64,000 nt of DNA from an uncultured Gammaproteobacteria bacterium (GCA_964409875.1 CAYPEN010000002.1:142607-206606); one strand, 5' to 3'. Shown: positions 47,376 through 58,813, counted from the first letter of the stretch. Numbers and translations are program-made. The notes: generated by a model not told the origin, from the sequence alone.

Positions 47376-49460
47376 TTAAGCCTGCGGCCAGCTTTCAATC
47401 ATAAGAGATTTTTCTACACCCACAAGCTTTCGATATATTTCATCCGTAACAAACGGCATGATTGGGTGTAGAAGTTTTAAAATTGTCGAATATACATACT
47501 CAAGAGTCGGCTGCGCCTCAGCCCTTCTTTCCTTTGTCGACTCGATATATTTGTCAGCAAATTCGTGCCAGGTAAATTCATACAATAATTCAGAAATATC
47601 ATTGAATCGATAAGAGGAAAATGCCTTTTCGACGGCTTTAGTTACTTCATCCAATCTTTTTAAAATTTGCTTGTCAACTTTATTGTCTGAAAGTTTCTTC
47701 TGTGAATCATCCGGCTTAAACTCGATAATGAAACGGCCCATATTCCACAACTTATTAGTAAAGCGTCGGGCAGCTTCCAACTTTGGGTAAGAAAGCGCCT
47801 GGTCATTTCCAAGCGCAGTACCATATACAAGAGCAAAGCGAACAGCATCCGCGCCATATTGATCGACAAGCTCTAACGGATTGACTACATTCCCTTTTGA
47901 TTTGCTCATCTTTTTCCCATAAGGGTCATTAACAAGCCCATGCAATACTACATTTTTGAATGGTACTTTCCCTGTTGCATACAACCCCATCATGACCATT
48001 CTTGCAACCCACCACCGCAAAATATCGTACCCTGTCTCCATAACACTCGTTGGATAAAAAGTTTCATAATCAGCCTCTTTTGTGGTCATGAGAGTAGCAA
48101 AAGGCCACTGAGAGGAAGAGAACCAGGTGTCAAATGTGTCACCATCCTGTTCCCACTCCTTGCCTTCCGGCATTTCTCCATCTGTTATTTTCCATTCTCC
48201 TGTTTTTTTATTTTTCCATGCAGGGATTTGAATTCCCCATACAACTTGCCGCGAAATATTCCAATCCCGTATGTTTTCTAAAAATTGAAAATACAATTTC
48301 TCAAAACTTTTTGGATGAATTTTTATGTCTCCTTTTTTAACTGCATCAACCGCCGGACGAGCAAGTGGTTCCATTTTTACAAACCATTGCTCCTTTGGAA
48401 GCGGTTCTAAAACGTTTTTACACTTGTAGCAAAGCCCTACTCTATTTGTGTAATCTTCATCAATTTTCTCGATAAGCCCTTTTGCAAGCATTTCCTCAAC
48501 AATCGCTTTTCTAGCCTGCTTGACATAAAGCCCGGCAAACTTTCCTGCATGCTCATTCATTTTTCCATCAAACCCAATCACTTGCTTGAGAGGTAAATCA
48601 TGCCTCTTTGCTACCTCAAAATCATTAAAGTCATGTGCTGGTGTAATTTTTACGACCCCGGTACCAAACTCAGGGTCTACCATCTCATCTGCAACCACTT
48701 TAATTTTTGCTTTACCTAAAACTGTTTCTATATCCAATTCCTTTCCCACGTATTCGCTATACCGTTTATCGTCAGGGTGGACAGCTACGGCCGTATCACC
48801 AAATTTGGTTTCTGGCCTTGTAGTTGCCAAGATAAGCGGGCCGTATTTAATATAATATAAAGGACTTTTGCGCTCTTCATGCACCACCTCTAAATCCGAG
48901 AATGAAGTCCCATCAAACGTACAGTAATTAACAAGTCTCTCTGCTCTATACACAAGTCCTTCCTCGTACAATTTCTTAAAATTTGTGTATACAATTGTAA
49001 CGATCTCAGGATCTATGGTCATTTTTTTTCTTGACCAGTCTAGAGAAAACCCAAGCTTCTTAAGCTGGCTTTCCATCACAGGTCTGTTGCCTTGGACAAA
49101 CTCAAGAATCATCTTATAAAGAGTTGTCCTATCGTAATCAAATCTACTCTTTCCCTCAGACGCTAGCTTTTTTTCGAAAACAAATTGTGTTTCAAATCCT
49201 GCATGATCAGCTCCCGGCTCCCAAAGTGTTTTAAATCCCTTCATCCGGTGGTAACGAATTAAAATATCTTCAACAACGTACATTGCATGACCAAAATGCA
49301 GCGGAGCATTTGCATTAGGAGGTGGCAAAATGATTGAGTAAGGCTTGCCTTTCGGATTTACTTCCGGCTTAAAATATCCTTTTTCCTCCCACTCTTTGTA
49401 CAATGGTTCCTCAACTTTTTTGTGGTCGTATGTTTTCTCCATTGAGGTCAATTGTATCAT
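47376..49460 (-). CDS. valS: Valine--tRNA ligase (short form lacking C-terminal coiled coil)
   Basis: 'PPPNANAPLHFGHAMYVVEDILIRYHRMKGF...W.PGADHAGFETQ' and 'KMSKSKGN'. The 694-aa length is short for ValRS. Confidence 0.7.
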   Translation of the reverse strand: MIQLTSMEKTYDHKKVEEPLYKEWEEKGYFKPEVNPKGKPYSIILPPPNANAPLHFGHAMYVVEDILIRYHRMKGFKTLWEPGADHAGFETQFVFEKKLASEGKSRFDYDRTTLYKMILEFVQGNRPVMESQLKKLGFSLDWSRKKMTIDPEIVTIVYTNFKKLYEEGLVYRAERLVNYCTFDGTSFSDLEVVHEERKSPLYYIKYGPLILATTRPETKFGDTAVAVHPDDKRYSEYVGKELDIETVLGKAKIKVVADEMVDPEFGTGVVKITPAHDFNDFEVAKRHDLPLKQVIGFDGKMNEHAGKFAGLYVKQARKAIVEEMLAKGLIEKIDEDYTNRVGLCYKCKNVLEPLPKEQWFVKMEPLARPAVDAVKKGDIKIHPKSFEKLYFQFLENIRDWNISRQVVWGIQIPAWKNKKTGEWKITDGEMPEGKEWEQDGDTFDTWFSSSQWPFATLMTTKEADYETFYPTSVMETGYDILRWWVARMVMMGLYATGKVPFKNVVLHGLVNDPYGKKMSKSKGNVVNPLELVDQYGADAVRFALVYGTALGNDQALSYPKLEAARRFTNKLWNMGRFIIEFKPDDSQKKLSDNKVDKQILKRLDEVTKAVEKAFSSYRFNDISELLYEFTWHEFADKYIESTKERRAEAQPTLEYVYSTILKLLHPIMPFVTDEIYRKLVGVEKSLMIESWPQA

Positions 49461-49527
49461 GAGCTCGATTTGTGTTCAACGAAGTGAGAATTATTACCCT
49501 TCCAAAATTTCCTGTTATACTTTTCAT

Positions 49528-50784
49528 ATGCAACACTTCTCTGGCATTCAGTTAAAGAAGATTTCAGTCAACACAATTGTCCAATTTACACTTCGCATAA
49601 TAAATAGCATTCCTTCTCTTATCGCAACCCTTCTTATTGGATATTTTTCCGGCTACGAGACTCTGGGAAGTTACACAAAAATTGTCGCTTTTGTTTCTAT
49701 TTTTTATCTTATTGTCGAGTTCGGTATGAATTCGGTTTTCCTAAGAGAATACTTTGACAAATTTGAAAAGTACTTTGGTAATCTCGTACTGTTTCGTCTT
49801 TTGTTCTCAATTGCTCTTATTCCACTTATTCTTGCTTTGGCGTACTTACTCCCAGAAAATAAAATGGCAGGTACGGGTTTTACTGAATTTGAGAAATATG
49901 GTATCTATATATTCTCACTTACACTCATAACGGTAGGGCTTGCAACATCTCTACAAGCGATACTTCAAAAAAAGCTTTCTTATCACTTGTCATTAATTCC
50001 AAATTTTATCTCCTCCTCCCTACTTCTTATTCTCGTTCTTATCTCTGTTATTCGACACGACCTATATCTTTTGCTTTTCTCGTATGTTTTCTCCGGTGGA
50101 GTTCTCGTAACACTCCTCTATATTTTCATACGGAAAACGTATCACATTAGACTTACCAAAACTGCAACATTTATTTCCTTCTCCAAAAAGCTCTTTATTG
50201 CATCTCTTCCATTGGGGGCAATGCTCTCATTCAATCTACTGTATTCCAAAGCCGACACTTTTTTGCTGGCCATTTTTCGTCCCACATTTGACGTTGGGGT
50301 GTATGGCATCTCTTATAAATTCTTCGAAATACTTTTAACTATTCCTGCTTTTCTTGCAAATAGTGTATACCCGCTTCTACTCGTGGAAGCAGGTGATCAA
50401 AAAAAATATTTGTCGCTTTTTAAAAAATACTCTTCTCTTTTTATTTTTGTTGCAATTGCAATAACGGTTGTCGCATTTTTTGGGGCACCCTTCATTACAA
50501 TATTCAAAACCGATTTTTCAAAGTCTGTTCTTCCGTTGCAACTTCTTACACTTTCTCTTCCATTCTTTTTTATGACAAGTCTTTTGCAATGGCATTTTCT
50601 GATACGAAAGCGGATGAAATTTTTGGTGCCTTTGTATGGAGGAGCACTCCTTCTAAACGTTGGGTTAAACATTCTCTTTATTCCTCATTATTCTTATTAT
50701 GCAGCCGCCCTTACAACAAGCGTTTGTGAGGCGCTGGTTTTTGTTATCATGCTATGGTATTTTAGGAAAACAAGATTTGCTTGA
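49528..50784 (+). CDS. MOP-superfamily polysaccharide/lipid-II flippase (Wzx/MurJ-like)
   Basis: 12-14 TM helices with a MOP-like arrangement. The start is trimmed to 'MQHFSG' so it does not overlap valS. Confidence 0.55.
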   Translation: MQHFSGIQLKKISVNTIVQFTLRIINSIPSLIATLLIGYFSGYETLGSYTKIVAFVSIFYLIVEFGMNSVFLREYFDKFEKYFGNLVLFRLLFSIALIPLILALAYLLPENKMAGTGFTEFEKYGIYIFSLTLITVGLATSLQAILQKKLSYHLSLIPNFISSSLLLILVLISVIRHDLYLLLFSYVFSGGVLVTLLYIFIRKTYHIRLTKTATFISFSKKLFIASLPLGAMLSFNLLYSKADTFLLAIFRPTFDVGVYGISYKFFEILLTIPAFLANSVYPLLLVEAGDQKKYLSLFKKYSSLFIFVAIAITVVAFFGAPFITIFKTDFSKSVLPLQLLTLSLPFFFMTSLLQWHFLIRKRMKFLVPLYGGALLLNVGLNILFIPHYSYYAAALTTSVCEALVFVIMLWYFRKTRFA

Positions 50785-50833
50785 TATAACAAGCTTTAGC
50801 ATTACGACCGTCGAAAAATACTAAAAACAAAAC

Positions 50834-51256
50834 ATGAAAAACATTCAGAGTCTTACAATATTTGGAGATGGCGGTTCACGCGGAAACCCGGGACAAGCCG
50901 CATATGGGTTTGTAATACTTGATGAAACTGGAAAACTCCTTTACTCGGAAGGGGGGCGTCTTGGAATAACTACTAACAACGTTGCCGAGTACTCTGCGGT
51001 TATCAATGCCCTCCGCTATGTCATTGAACATTATCCAAATATTCAAAAGCTTCATTTCAAACTTGATTCTCTGCTTATTGCCTCACAGATGTCCGGAAAA
51101 TATAAGGTAAAACACCCGGACATGAAGGGGCTTTTTATTACCGCAAAAGGTCTTGAATCAAAACTTCCAGCTCAAATTATCTATTCTCAGATTCCACGTG
51201 CTTTCAATAAAGAAGCTGACAAGCTGGTTAACGACGCGCTTGACTTTAAAATTTAA
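50834..51256 (+). CDS. rnhA: Ribonuclease H
   Basis: 'IFGDGGSRGNPGQAAYGFVI...NNVAEY...KEADKL' RNase H catalytic D-E-D-D context. Confidence 0.85.
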   Translation: MKNIQSLTIFGDGGSRGNPGQAAYGFVILDETGKLLYSEGGRLGITTNNVAEYSAVINALRYVIEHYPNIQKLHFKLDSLLIASQMSGKYKVKHPDMKGLFITAKGLESKLPAQIIYSQIPRAFNKEADKLVNDALDFKI

Positions 51257-51354
51257 CATTCCTTCCTTTTTTGCTCATAAACCCAGTCTAATTTGATTCC
51301 CGCATAGGTTCAAAATACTCGACAAATAGTTATTATTTCTACTACAATATAAAT

Positions 51355-54039
51355 ATGCCAAAACTGCTCGAAATTGAAGAATCCGGAAGCGAGCTACCAC
51401 TACTTGCTATTCTAGGTGAGAATGAGCCTCTGGTGCAGTATTTGCTTCATGAGTTTGCGAATAAATTTCGATTAATCCTTATCTCTGAAAAAAAGCCTTT
51501 ATTCCTCGCTAAGGCTAGCAACGTCTATTTCTTGGACTATAAAAACGCAGCCCTACTGCCTAATCTTAAGGAAACACTCGACTACGCGTTGGTATTAGTG
51601 GATTCGCACGTTAAGGAATTCCATATCGCTCCCCTCTTTTCAAAAGTGATTCTCGACAAAGCAAAGATATTATTTTTACATAGCGCCTTGTCTTTAGAAC
51701 ACACTATAATTGAAACAAAACCATACAAGGATTATCACCATTCATTCTTTGGAATAATCGGAGAAACAATAAGTCAAAAAAAATTAGAAGACACTGGTGA
51801 CCTTTCGAAAATTATTGAGAACGCGATTGCAAAAAGAGAAATACATCTCACAGGAAACGAAGCATTCCCGGTTTTTGGAACCATGCAAGATGATCTGCTC
51901 GTTGCTATTGGAAGATTACTTTTTGGAAATTTTAAAAATGACAAATGCTTTCTTCTCTATTATCAGCATCCGCAAACTGTTCTTGAAACAGCTCATCTTA
52001 TCGGACGGGTCGATTTGGAAATTAAGATTTCTTTTTCTGATGTCCACCGGACAGCACAAGGAATTTCGCATCAAAACGTCGCGGAAATAGTAAAGCAAAC
52101 TCTGCATCTTGAATGTCTATTTGTCGACAATTTTTATCAGGGTTTTGAGAAAGGATACGCATCGCTTTTGGAAAACAAAGAATCACTTCTTGAGAATCAC
52201 AAGATAAATAAAGTTTCATCATCAAGAAAAAAAATACCGGTCAACACATCGTATATATCTTTTATTTCGTTAAGTTTTTTCTGGGGTATATTTCTTTTTA
52301 TATTTCTCAATTTTTTTACTTTTGGGCTTTCAATCCTTTTTTTTAAAAACTCTATTAATGCGTTGCAAAAAAATGATTTCCAACGAGTTATACAGAATGC
52401 TAAAGCCTCCTCTTCTTTTTTATCATTCGTAACGCCTACTGCAAGTCTGCTATTTGACGGTGTTAATTATCTTGATAAGAAAAAAGCTTTAGAGGATAAA
52501 TTCTTTTTGATGCAAAGAGCTGTGAGACTCATGAATATTGCGGGTAATTCTCCTCAATTGCTCACGAAAAAAGAGGTTGATTTACATTCACTTACAAGTG
52601 CTCTCTCCAATCTTTCATACCTCTATCAGGAAGGGCAGAGGCTTATTCTGGAAACAGAGAGCGTGGAGCTTAAGAAGCAGTTGAAACCCACTTACTCCAA
52701 GCTACTAAGCTTCACGAGTATTATTCCATATGTTCTCGGGTTTGATAGCACTCGCAACTATTTACTCTTGTTTCAAAATGATGAAGAATTACGGCCGACG
52801 GGAGGATTTATAGGATCAATAGGGGACCTAAGTATTCAAAAAGGGAAGGTGCAAAGTCTTACAATCCAAGATGTATATGAACTGGATGGCCAGCTCAAGA
52901 ATCATGTGGAACCGCCATTCATAGTGAGACGTTATATTCAACCGCATCTCTATCTTCGTGACAGTAATTTTTTTCTCAACTATCAAGAAGCTGCAAGCAC
53001 CTCAGCATTTATCTATAATCTTGAAAGCGGAAAGCAACCCGATGGAGTTATTGCAATAGACCTGCGTGTTCTTAAAGAGATTTTAAGAGTCTCAGGCCCC
53101 ATCAAACTGCCGAATTATAATGTGACAGTTTCCTCAGACAACGTATCCAATTTTTTGCAAAGCACTATCAAAGATAATTTTTTTCCTGGCTCCACCCAAA
53201 AGAAAGATGTACTCAACAGTGTCTTTACTCAATTAACCATGAAGATTTCAAACGACCAGAAATTTTACATTGCGCTTCTCAAACTTCTCCCAGATCTTTT
53301 TGAACAAAAAGACATTCTCGTTTCCTATAGCAATAATTCCGTCCAGAAGATATTCTCATCCAATAACTACGCGGGAGAGTACTCCTATAAACCTTCATCA
53401 AATGCAAAAACAATAGATGACTTCCTATATATAAACGAAGCTAATATAAGCGTGAACAAAGTGAATGCCCAAATAAAAAGGGAAGCAACCTATGAAACAA
53501 TGTTTGAACAGGGGAGAGTTGTTTCAAAGGCCCGTCTTATTCTTACTAATGCCAGTAAAACCGACGATTACAAAGTGTACGTAAAATTTGTAGTCCCAGC
53601 AGGAAGCGCTCTTCAGCAAGTACTCATAAACGACGTGAAACAAAACCTTACACCCGCGATAACGGATTTTAAAGTCTATGAAGGAAAAAATTTCAAGCCT
53701 CCAATTGGGCTGGAAACGGAACAATATACAATTGGAAATCTTACCTATTTTGCTTTTATTACTACTGCAAAGTTAGGAAAGACAACCAGCATCGGTATCG
53801 ATTACATTAATGGTGCGGGTAAACCCCTTTCAACGATAACCGATTATTCTTTGTCATATGTAAAGCAACCCGGTACTGCACCTTACCAACTTACAACTAC
53901 ATTTGATTATCCAGAAGGGTATATGCCGGTAGATTCTCATGCAGATTCGTATGGAAGGAATTTTATGGAAGAAAAAATTGTGATTAACAATGATTATAAT
54001 CCGAAACTTGAGTTACAGAAGTCGTCCGTGCAAAAATAG
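51355..54039 (+). CDS. Large membrane-anchored protein, DUF4012-like
   Basis: 894 aa with a central TM segment. 'RPTGGFIGSIGDL' matches the motif I recall for DUF4012. Confidence 0.5.
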   Translation: MPKLLEIEESGSELPLLAILGENEPLVQYLLHEFANKFRLILISEKKPLFLAKASNVYFLDYKNAALLPNLKETLDYALVLVDSHVKEFHIAPLFSKVILDKAKILFLHSALSLEHTIIETKPYKDYHHSFFGIIGETISQKKLEDTGDLSKIIENAIAKREIHLTGNEAFPVFGTMQDDLLVAIGRLLFGNFKNDKCFLLYYQHPQTVLETAHLIGRVDLEIKISFSDVHRTAQGISHQNVAEIVKQTLHLECLFVDNFYQGFEKGYASLLENKESLLENHKINKVSSSRKKIPVNTSYISFISLSFFWGIFLFIFLNFFTFGLSILFFKNSINALQKNDFQRVIQNAKASSSFLSFVTPTASLLFDGVNYLDKKKALEDKFFLMQRAVRLMNIAGNSPQLLTKKEVDLHSLTSALSNLSYLYQEGQRLILETESVELKKQLKPTYSKLLSFTSIIPYVLGFDSTRNYLLLFQNDEELRPTGGFIGSIGDLSIQKGKVQSLTIQDVYELDGQLKNHVEPPFIVRRYIQPHLYLRDSNFFLNYQEAASTSAFIYNLESGKQPDGVIAIDLRVLKEILRVSGPIKLPNYNVTVSSDNVSNFLQSTIKDNFFPGSTQKKDVLNSVFTQLTMKISNDQKFYIALLKLLPDLFEQKDILVSYSNNSVQKIFSSNNYAGEYSYKPSSNAKTIDDFLYINEANISVNKVNAQIKREATYETMFEQGRVVSKARLILTNASKTDDYKVYVKFVVPAGSALQQVLINDVKQNLTPAITDFKVYEGKNFKPPIGLETEQYTIGNLTYFAFITTAKLGKTTSIGIDYINGAGKPLSTITDYSLSYVKQPGTAPYQLTTTFDYPEGYMPVDSHADSYGRNFMEEKIVINNDYNPKLELQKSSVQK

Positions 54040-54062
54040 AAAGAGTAGGGTGTGTTACAATC

Positions 54063-56306
54063 ATGTTTACTAAAAAAAAGTATTCAAAAGGTCAGATGAA
54101 AGGGAAAAAGACAAGAAATCCAGTCCGTTTGTTTTTTAGAGGGCTTAAAAAACTTTCTTTTCTTTATCGGAGCAAAATTCTACTTATTGGGTATATACTC
54201 CTCGCCATTCCAATAATTGCTATTGCTGCGGCTGTTATTATTGTTCTGAAAGATGTCCCAAAGGCGACTATCATCGGAAGCAATAATTTCCCTCAATCAA
54301 GCAAGATTTTCGCGAAAGATGGGACGCTTCTATATACGATTTATGCGAGCCGAAATCAAACGTTTGTACCACTCAATAAAGTACCCAAGCAACTACAGGA
54401 AGCAACCATTTCAATTGAGGATAAAAATTTCTACAAGCATGGAGCCATTGATGTGAGAGGAATAATCCGTGCTGCATATGTCACTTTTTTCCATAAATCA
54501 GTTCAAGGTGGCTCAACCATTACCCAGCAGCTGGTCCGAAATTCACTCTTAACTCTGGATCGGACTATCACCCGAAAAATTAAAGAAGTTGTTCTGTCAT
54601 TTATTGTCGAGTCGATTTATTCTAAAGACAGAATATTAGAAATGTACCTGAATCAAGTGTCATACGGTGGCACTGCATGGGGAGTAGAAGCGGCAAGCAA
54701 TATCTATTTCGGAAAAGACGTTTCTCGCTTGAGTCTTGCCGAAAGCGCCTTTCTTGCCGGTCTCCCTCAAGCACCAAGTGTGTATTCACCTTTTGGTTCA
54801 CATCCTGAAGATGGCAAGAAAAGGCAGCTACAAGTTTTATCTGCAATGAGAGAATCGGGCTACATAACTGCAAAGCAGCAAGAAGATGCTAGTAAAGAAG
54901 AGTTAAAGTTTAATGAAATCAAAGATACGATTGTAGCTCCGCACTTTGTATTTTTCATAAAGGACTTGCTCGTGCAGGAATATGGGGAAAAGATGGTGGA
55001 GCAGGGGGGATTATCGGTTACAACATCCCTTGATCTTAAGGCTCAAAAAATAGCTGAAGATGCCATAGCAACCGAAGAAGCGACACTTTCGAGAGGGAAT
55101 TGGTATAACGCCGCTTCAATGGTGACAAGACCAGGTACCGGTGAAATATTGGCAATGGTTGGTAGCCGAAACTATTTTGACACGGAAAAGGATGGGAATG
55201 TGAATGTAGCGATAGCAAAAAGACAACCAGGTTCATCAATCAAACCTATCAATTATGCAACAGGCTTAATAAAAGGGTATACAGCAGCAACACCTTTCGT
55301 AGACCAAAAAACGTGCTTCCCAAATCCCAGTGGGGCTCCTTATTGCCCTCTGAATTATGATTTCAAGTTCCACGGTGTGCAGCAAATGAGATATGCGCTT
55401 GCTAATTCATTCAATATTCCGGCAGTCAAGATGCTCAAGCTGAATGGGCTTGATGCAATGATAGCAACAGCCTCTGCTATGGGAATCAATTCATTTACCG
55501 ATCCTGACAGATATGGTCTTTCTCTTACCCTTGGTGGCGGAGAAGTAACGATGGTTGAAATGGTACAAGCGTATGGTGTATTTGCAAATTCAGGTTACAA
55601 AATAAATCTCCACCCAATCTTAAAAGTGACAGATTCTAAAGGAAAAGTTCTACAACAATACAAACCGGTCGAAAGTCCTCTGCTGGGTAAAAAAATACTT
55701 CCTGATGGAGTCGCATATATTATCTCAAACATATTAGCTGACAATGGAGCTCGAAGTGCAGAATTTGGCAGCAATTCACCTCTTTACATAAAAGGGTTTA
55801 ATGTATCGGTTAAAACCGGGACAACAAATGACTATCGTGACAATTGGACAATCGGATATACACCCTCATTTGTTGTTGCGACCTGGGTAGGAAATAACAA
55901 CAATAAACCCCTTACAGGAGTTACTTCGGGAATAACCGGAGCAGCACCCATTTGGCACCAAATTATGCTTAATTTAATAAAAGATAAACCGCCGGAAACA
56001 ATGAGTAAACCTGACAATGTAGTAGGGGCAACTGTATGCGCAACCTCGGGACTTCTCCCCGAACCGGCCGGCTCTCCCTATGTGTGCCCCACAAGATATG
56101 AGTATTTTATTAAAGGAACCGTACCTCGCATTGCCGAGAAAGGATCGCAAAAAATATTCATCGATAAAGAATCGAACAGGCTTGCAAAGCCCGGTCAAAC
56201 CGAGAACGTAGAAGAAAAAGATGCTGTCATTGTAACCGACCCGACAGGAGATTCGTATTGCGTGACTTGTCCTCAACCACAGGAGCCCACTCCAACCTCC
56301 CACTAA
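54063..56306 (+). CDS. Class A penicillin-binding protein (PBP1A; glycosyltransferase + transpeptidase)
   Basis: GT51 motifs 'EDKNFYKHGAID' and 'GGSTITQQLVRN'. The transpeptidase domain carries the SxxK, SxN and 'KTGT' motifs. Confidence 0.9.
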   Translation: MFTKKKYSKGQMKGKKTRNPVRLFFRGLKKLSFLYRSKILLIGYILLAIPIIAIAAAVIIVLKDVPKATIIGSNNFPQSSKIFAKDGTLLYTIYASRNQTFVPLNKVPKQLQEATISIEDKNFYKHGAIDVRGIIRAAYVTFFHKSVQGGSTITQQLVRNSLLTLDRTITRKIKEVVLSFIVESIYSKDRILEMYLNQVSYGGTAWGVEAASNIYFGKDVSRLSLAESAFLAGLPQAPSVYSPFGSHPEDGKKRQLQVLSAMRESGYITAKQQEDASKEELKFNEIKDTIVAPHFVFFIKDLLVQEYGEKMVEQGGLSVTTSLDLKAQKIAEDAIATEEATLSRGNWYNAASMVTRPGTGEILAMVGSRNYFDTEKDGNVNVAIAKRQPGSSIKPINYATGLIKGYTAATPFVDQKTCFPNPSGAPYCPLNYDFKFHGVQQMRYALANSFNIPAVKMLKLNGLDAMIATASAMGINSFTDPDRYGLSLTLGGGEVTMVEMVQAYGVFANSGYKINLHPILKVTDSKGKVLQQYKPVESPLLGKKILPDGVAYIISNILADNGARSAEFGSNSPLYIKGFNVSVKTGTTNDYRDNWTIGYTPSFVVATWVGNNNNKPLTGVTSGITGAAPIWHQIMLNLIKDKPPETMSKPDNVVGATVCATSGLLPEPAGSPYVCPTRYEYFIKGTVPRIAEKGSQKIFIDKESNRLAKPGQTENVEEKDAVIVTDPTGDSYCVTCPQPQEPTPTSH

Positions 56307-57565
56307 CGTTTTTCATTCGAAAAAAAGAGTCCCAGGATAACGGCAGACAATAATTGCCCTTGATGGAGCGTTAAGAAATAATGGTCGAACAATCCAATAA
56401 AAAGACCGGAAAGAACAAGCATGCTTGTCGGAAAAAACATACTGTTTTTCTTATAGAAAAGCGTTATCCCTTTTTTCATTCTCTTAAAAAGAATGGAGAT
56501 AAAGAAAATAAACGAAAACAAACCTATCAGACCCGTCTGAACAATCCATAAAACATATATATTGTGAACAGGCTGCAACAAGGTGGGACCTATTGTCTTT
56601 TGAAACGTACTTTCGTAAGAAAAGTAGTTATTAAGACCTACTCCAAAAAGAAAATGAGAGATAAAAATCTGAAAAAAAATAACAAGAAGCTGAACTCGTA
56701 ACAACCAATCTCGTACTATTCCATTGAGAAAACGCGGGAGCAATAAAACACAAATTAAGGCGCAGGTCAAAACAACTCCTACAGCAACAATTGCCTTTTT
56801 GCCTCGCTTTTTCCTGTATGCAATCACCATTCGTATTATTACGAACAAGAGCGAGAGTAAAATTATTATTCTTGAAAATGTAGCAATTATTCCAAGAAAT
56901 ATAAGTGATAAACAAAAAGTTTTAAGAAGTGTTAATCGCGACCCTTTTACCTGAAAATGAAGTAATAAAGCAAAGCTTATGAGCAAATAAAATCCGACAA
57001 CATTTGGATGTGGAAATGTACCATAACCTCGCAAAATCTGCTTGTCATTCAACAAAAATGTGGCAACTCCCGGTGTTGAAGCAGTAAACGTTCTTTCTCC
57101 GAGAAGATATAAGATGCCTCCTATTGAATGTTGTAAGAGAAACTGAAATAAAACGATAAACGATTCAATGAGTGCCCCACAGGTAAATGCAGTAATTAGC
57201 ATCTTCCAATCTTCTTTTTTAACTTTTTGAGAAATGTAAAATCCTACATACCAGAACTCAAAGAACTTAAGAAGTGCGAGACCGGCCAATTGAGTGTTGG
57301 ATGCAAATAAAGAAGACAGAAGAAGCGATGTAAGCAGAAGAAACGTAAACAACCTTTTTCCTGTTAGAAGAATTGGCTTAAAGAGTCCAGGCAATGAAAC
57401 CAAAAGCAACAAAAGGATAAGCACATCGCTTATATATAGGGTTGGCGAGAGATAATCGACTCTGATTCCATTTATGAAAGCGTATGTCGGCCAGAAATGT
57501 TTTCCTAATTGTATGGGAATTGATAAGAGTACTAAGAAGAAAAGAGTTTTTTCGAAGCGTTTCAC
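56303..57565 (-). CDS. O-antigen ligase/polymerase-like polytopic membrane protein
   Basis: About 10-12 TM helices with a larger loop, as in Wzy_C-type proteins. Confidence 0.45.
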   Translation of the reverse strand: MKRFEKTLFFLVLLSIPIQLGKHFWPTYAFINGIRVDYLSPTLYISDVLILLLLLVSLPGLFKPILLTGKRLFTFLLLTSLLLSSLFASNTQLAGLALLKFFEFWYVGFYISQKVKKEDWKMLITAFTCGALIESFIVLFQFLLQHSIGGILYLLGERTFTASTPGVATFLLNDKQILRGYGTFPHPNVVGFYLLISFALLLHFQVKGSRLTLLKTFCLSLIFLGIIATFSRIIILLSLLFVIIRMVIAYRKKRGKKAIVAVGVVLTCALICVLLLPRFLNGIVRDWLLRVQLLVIFFQIFISHFLFGVGLNNYFSYESTFQKTIGPTLLQPVHNIYVLWIVQTGLIGLFSFIFFISILFKRMKKGITLFYKKNSMFFPTSMLVLSGLFIGLFDHYFLTLHQGQLLSAVILGLFFSNEKR

Positions 57566-58032
57566 TTCTTTTTAATAACTAGAGTCCTGTCTCTATCTTC
57601 GCCAACTGATTCTGTCATCACGTCGTTGTCATCCTGAAGATACATATGGACAAAACGGCGTTCCCAAGGCTTCAAGCCCCTCACCGGCTTCTCGTAACCA
57701 GTTTCGGTTACTTCGTTTTTCAATTTATCGACTAACTCCCGGAGATATTGCTCTCGCTCTTCCCGATAGCTTCCGATTTCAATGGTAACCCGTCTAAATT
57801 CTCCCAATTTATTTGTTACTATAAGCGTTACCATTAATTCAAGAGAGGCAAGGGTATTTCCATGCTTACCTATAAGAAGAGCGTTATCCTCTCCGGCATC
57901 AAGGACCGCTGTAAAACCACTCTCATTTTCCTCAATCTCAACAGAGGATGTAACTCCTATGTTTTTGAGAAGTGCTTCAATCTCTTTTTTTACCAATTCA
58001 CTTTGATTTTCCATATTTTTTCGCGAGGGCAA
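57562..58032 (-). CDS. jag: RNA-binding protein Jag/KhpB (KH + R3H domains)
   Basis: 'LLIGKHGNTLASLE' KH-like and R3H-like 'RRFVHMYL' segments. Conserved position after yidC. Confidence 0.75.
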   Translation of the reverse strand: MPSRKNMENQSELVKKEIEALLKNIGVTSSVEIEENESGFTAVLDAGEDNALLIGKHGNTLASLELMVTLIVTNKLGEFRRVTIEIGSYREEREQYLRELVDKLKNEVTETGYEKPVRGLKPWERRFVHMYLQDDNDVMTESVGEDRDRTLVIKKK

Positions 58033-58813
58033 TCCATTGTTTTAATCCACCTAGCCCTACCAAAAAGTACTGCTGAAGTATACCAAAAATTGTGAAGGCA
58101 TTCCAGTACAAAGATAGACCGAAAGGAAGCCTGTAAGAAAAGAATGCTATCATGACCGGGAATATAAACAACGACTGTTTAGCAAATGTCGCTTGAAAGT
58201 CGTCTTGCTTGCCTGACGAAGGTGCATTTTCTGGTGCCATCATTTTTGAAAAAATAAGCTGCAAAACTCCTGTCAATATTGGCACAATAATAATAGCCGG
58301 ATTATGCCCCATTAATTGGGCCGGGGATTGGGAAAGTGGAATCCCAAAAAAAGTAGTCTGCCACAGTGAATGCAGCCTTAAACCATCAGAATACAGGAGG
58401 TGGTTAATCTCTTTTAATTTGGCTGAAGAATTAATATTTACGGCAATATTAAGTACGTGGTACAAACTCCAAATGATAGGGATTTGGATAATAACAGGCA
58501 AACACCCTGCCGCAGGATTTACCCCGAATTCAGAATAAAGCTTCATCATTTCTTCTTGTTGCTTCTTTTTGTCATTTTTATGCTTTTCCTTCAGCTTTGA
58601 AATATGCGGTGCCATATCCTGCATCTTTTTACTCGTTTTAATTTGTGAGGCAGTAAACGGATAGAGAATAAGGCGGATGATAAATGTTAACGCTATAATA
58701 GAAAAACCGAGCGCAAAAGGAACGTGAAGAAATTGTAGCACCTGAAAACAGGCAACTAAAAGATTTGCAATGGGTTGTGTCAAAAGGATAGTAAAAATTG
58801 TTCCGATATTCAT
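57998..58813 (-). CDS. yidC: Membrane protein insertase YidC (short Gram-positive-like form)
   Basis: 60-kDa inner-membrane protein core with 5 TM helices and a basic C-terminal tail. Confidence 0.85.
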   Translation of the reverse strand: MNIGTIFTILLTQPIANLLVACFQVLQFLHVPFALGFSIIALTFIIRLILYPFTASQIKTSKKMQDMAPHISKLKEKHKNDKKKQQEEMMKLYSEFGVNPAAGCLPVIIQIPIIWSLYHVLNIAVNINSSAKLKEINHLLYSDGLRLHSLWQTTFFGIPLSQSPAQLMGHNPAIIIVPILTGVLQLIFSKMMAPENAPSSGKQDDFQATFAKQSLFIFPVMIAFFSYRLPFGLSLYWNAFTIFGILQQYFLVGLGGLKQWIALAKKYGKSK